This document shows positions 63,566-64,000 of a DNA stretch of 64,000 nt, piece by piece. Under the pieces are notes generated by a model. That model worked only from the letters and a program-made list of their open reading frames with translations. It searched no databases and was not told the origin of the DNA. Both the position numbers and the translations under genes were made by a program. The stretch spans positions 86,242,001 to 86,306,000 of the forward strand of contig NC_043004.1 in assembly GCF_006345805.1 (NCBI RefSeq), read 5' to 3'. The first letter of the stretch is position 1; each line of letters opens with the position of its first letter. The stretch is from Octopus sinensis (Eukaryota).

Positions 63566-64000
63566 TTTATATAAGTGTCGTCTGTTATACATAAACACTG
63601 TTTCATAGTTTCAGTTTAGTCTTCCTCAAATCACTGTCGCTAATTTACTCTCTTCCAAGAACATTTTCACTCACTGTTATCTGTTAGCTTCCCATACATT
63701 TTACTCATGTATCTATCAGCATGATAGACAGAAACAAATATTACATTTACTTTCATTTTATTCGTTGCCCACTGTGTGTGTGCGTTGCGTGTGGTGTAAA
63801 CCAGACTAAGAAAAGCATTTGACACACACACCAGAATGTGAGTTTTCTGTAAATTTTGCTTAATTGGAGTTTAAATTTTAAAAACTGGACCTGGCATGAC
63901 GCGATGCATTGTACTCTTAAAACTGCTAGGTAAATTGTAATTGAAGAAATCCTATATTGTAGATTTGTATAACTCCCAAAGGGAGGCAGATAAAATCTGC

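Overview
Eukaryotic, AT-rich, microsatellite-saturated DNA. The repeat content points to a coleoid cephalopod, probably Octopus; this is inferred from the repeat landscape, not from a database hit. There is one clear protein-coding exon: the terminal transmembrane-plus-kinase exon of a MuSK-type receptor tyrosine kinase (6508-7679, +). There is one near-full-length (~4 kb) R4/Dong-type non-LTR retrotransposon with a restriction-like endonuclease (31984-35946, -), inserted in a (TAA)n array. The rest is mostly mobile-element debris: at least three tRNA-headed SINE families, truncated R4/Dong copies of several lineages, a second REL-LINE family associated with (CATA)n, Helitron-type MITEs, Tc1/mariner, hAT and piggyBac remnants, and a decayed Penelope-like element. 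There is also a 100-N gap. The most notable signals are: (i) Dong-type insertions repeatedly sit in TAA/ATT arrays, several of them the (ATT)n tails of one SINE family, in antisense orientation; (ii) type I hammerhead-ribozyme-like motifs, one on the sense strand of the MuSK intron about 180 nt upstream of the kinase exon; (iii) several fold-back (snap-back) structures inside retroelement copies. Nearly all short ORFs in the track are microsatellite artefacts. Repeat boundaries were read by eye and are approximate to within tens of bases.
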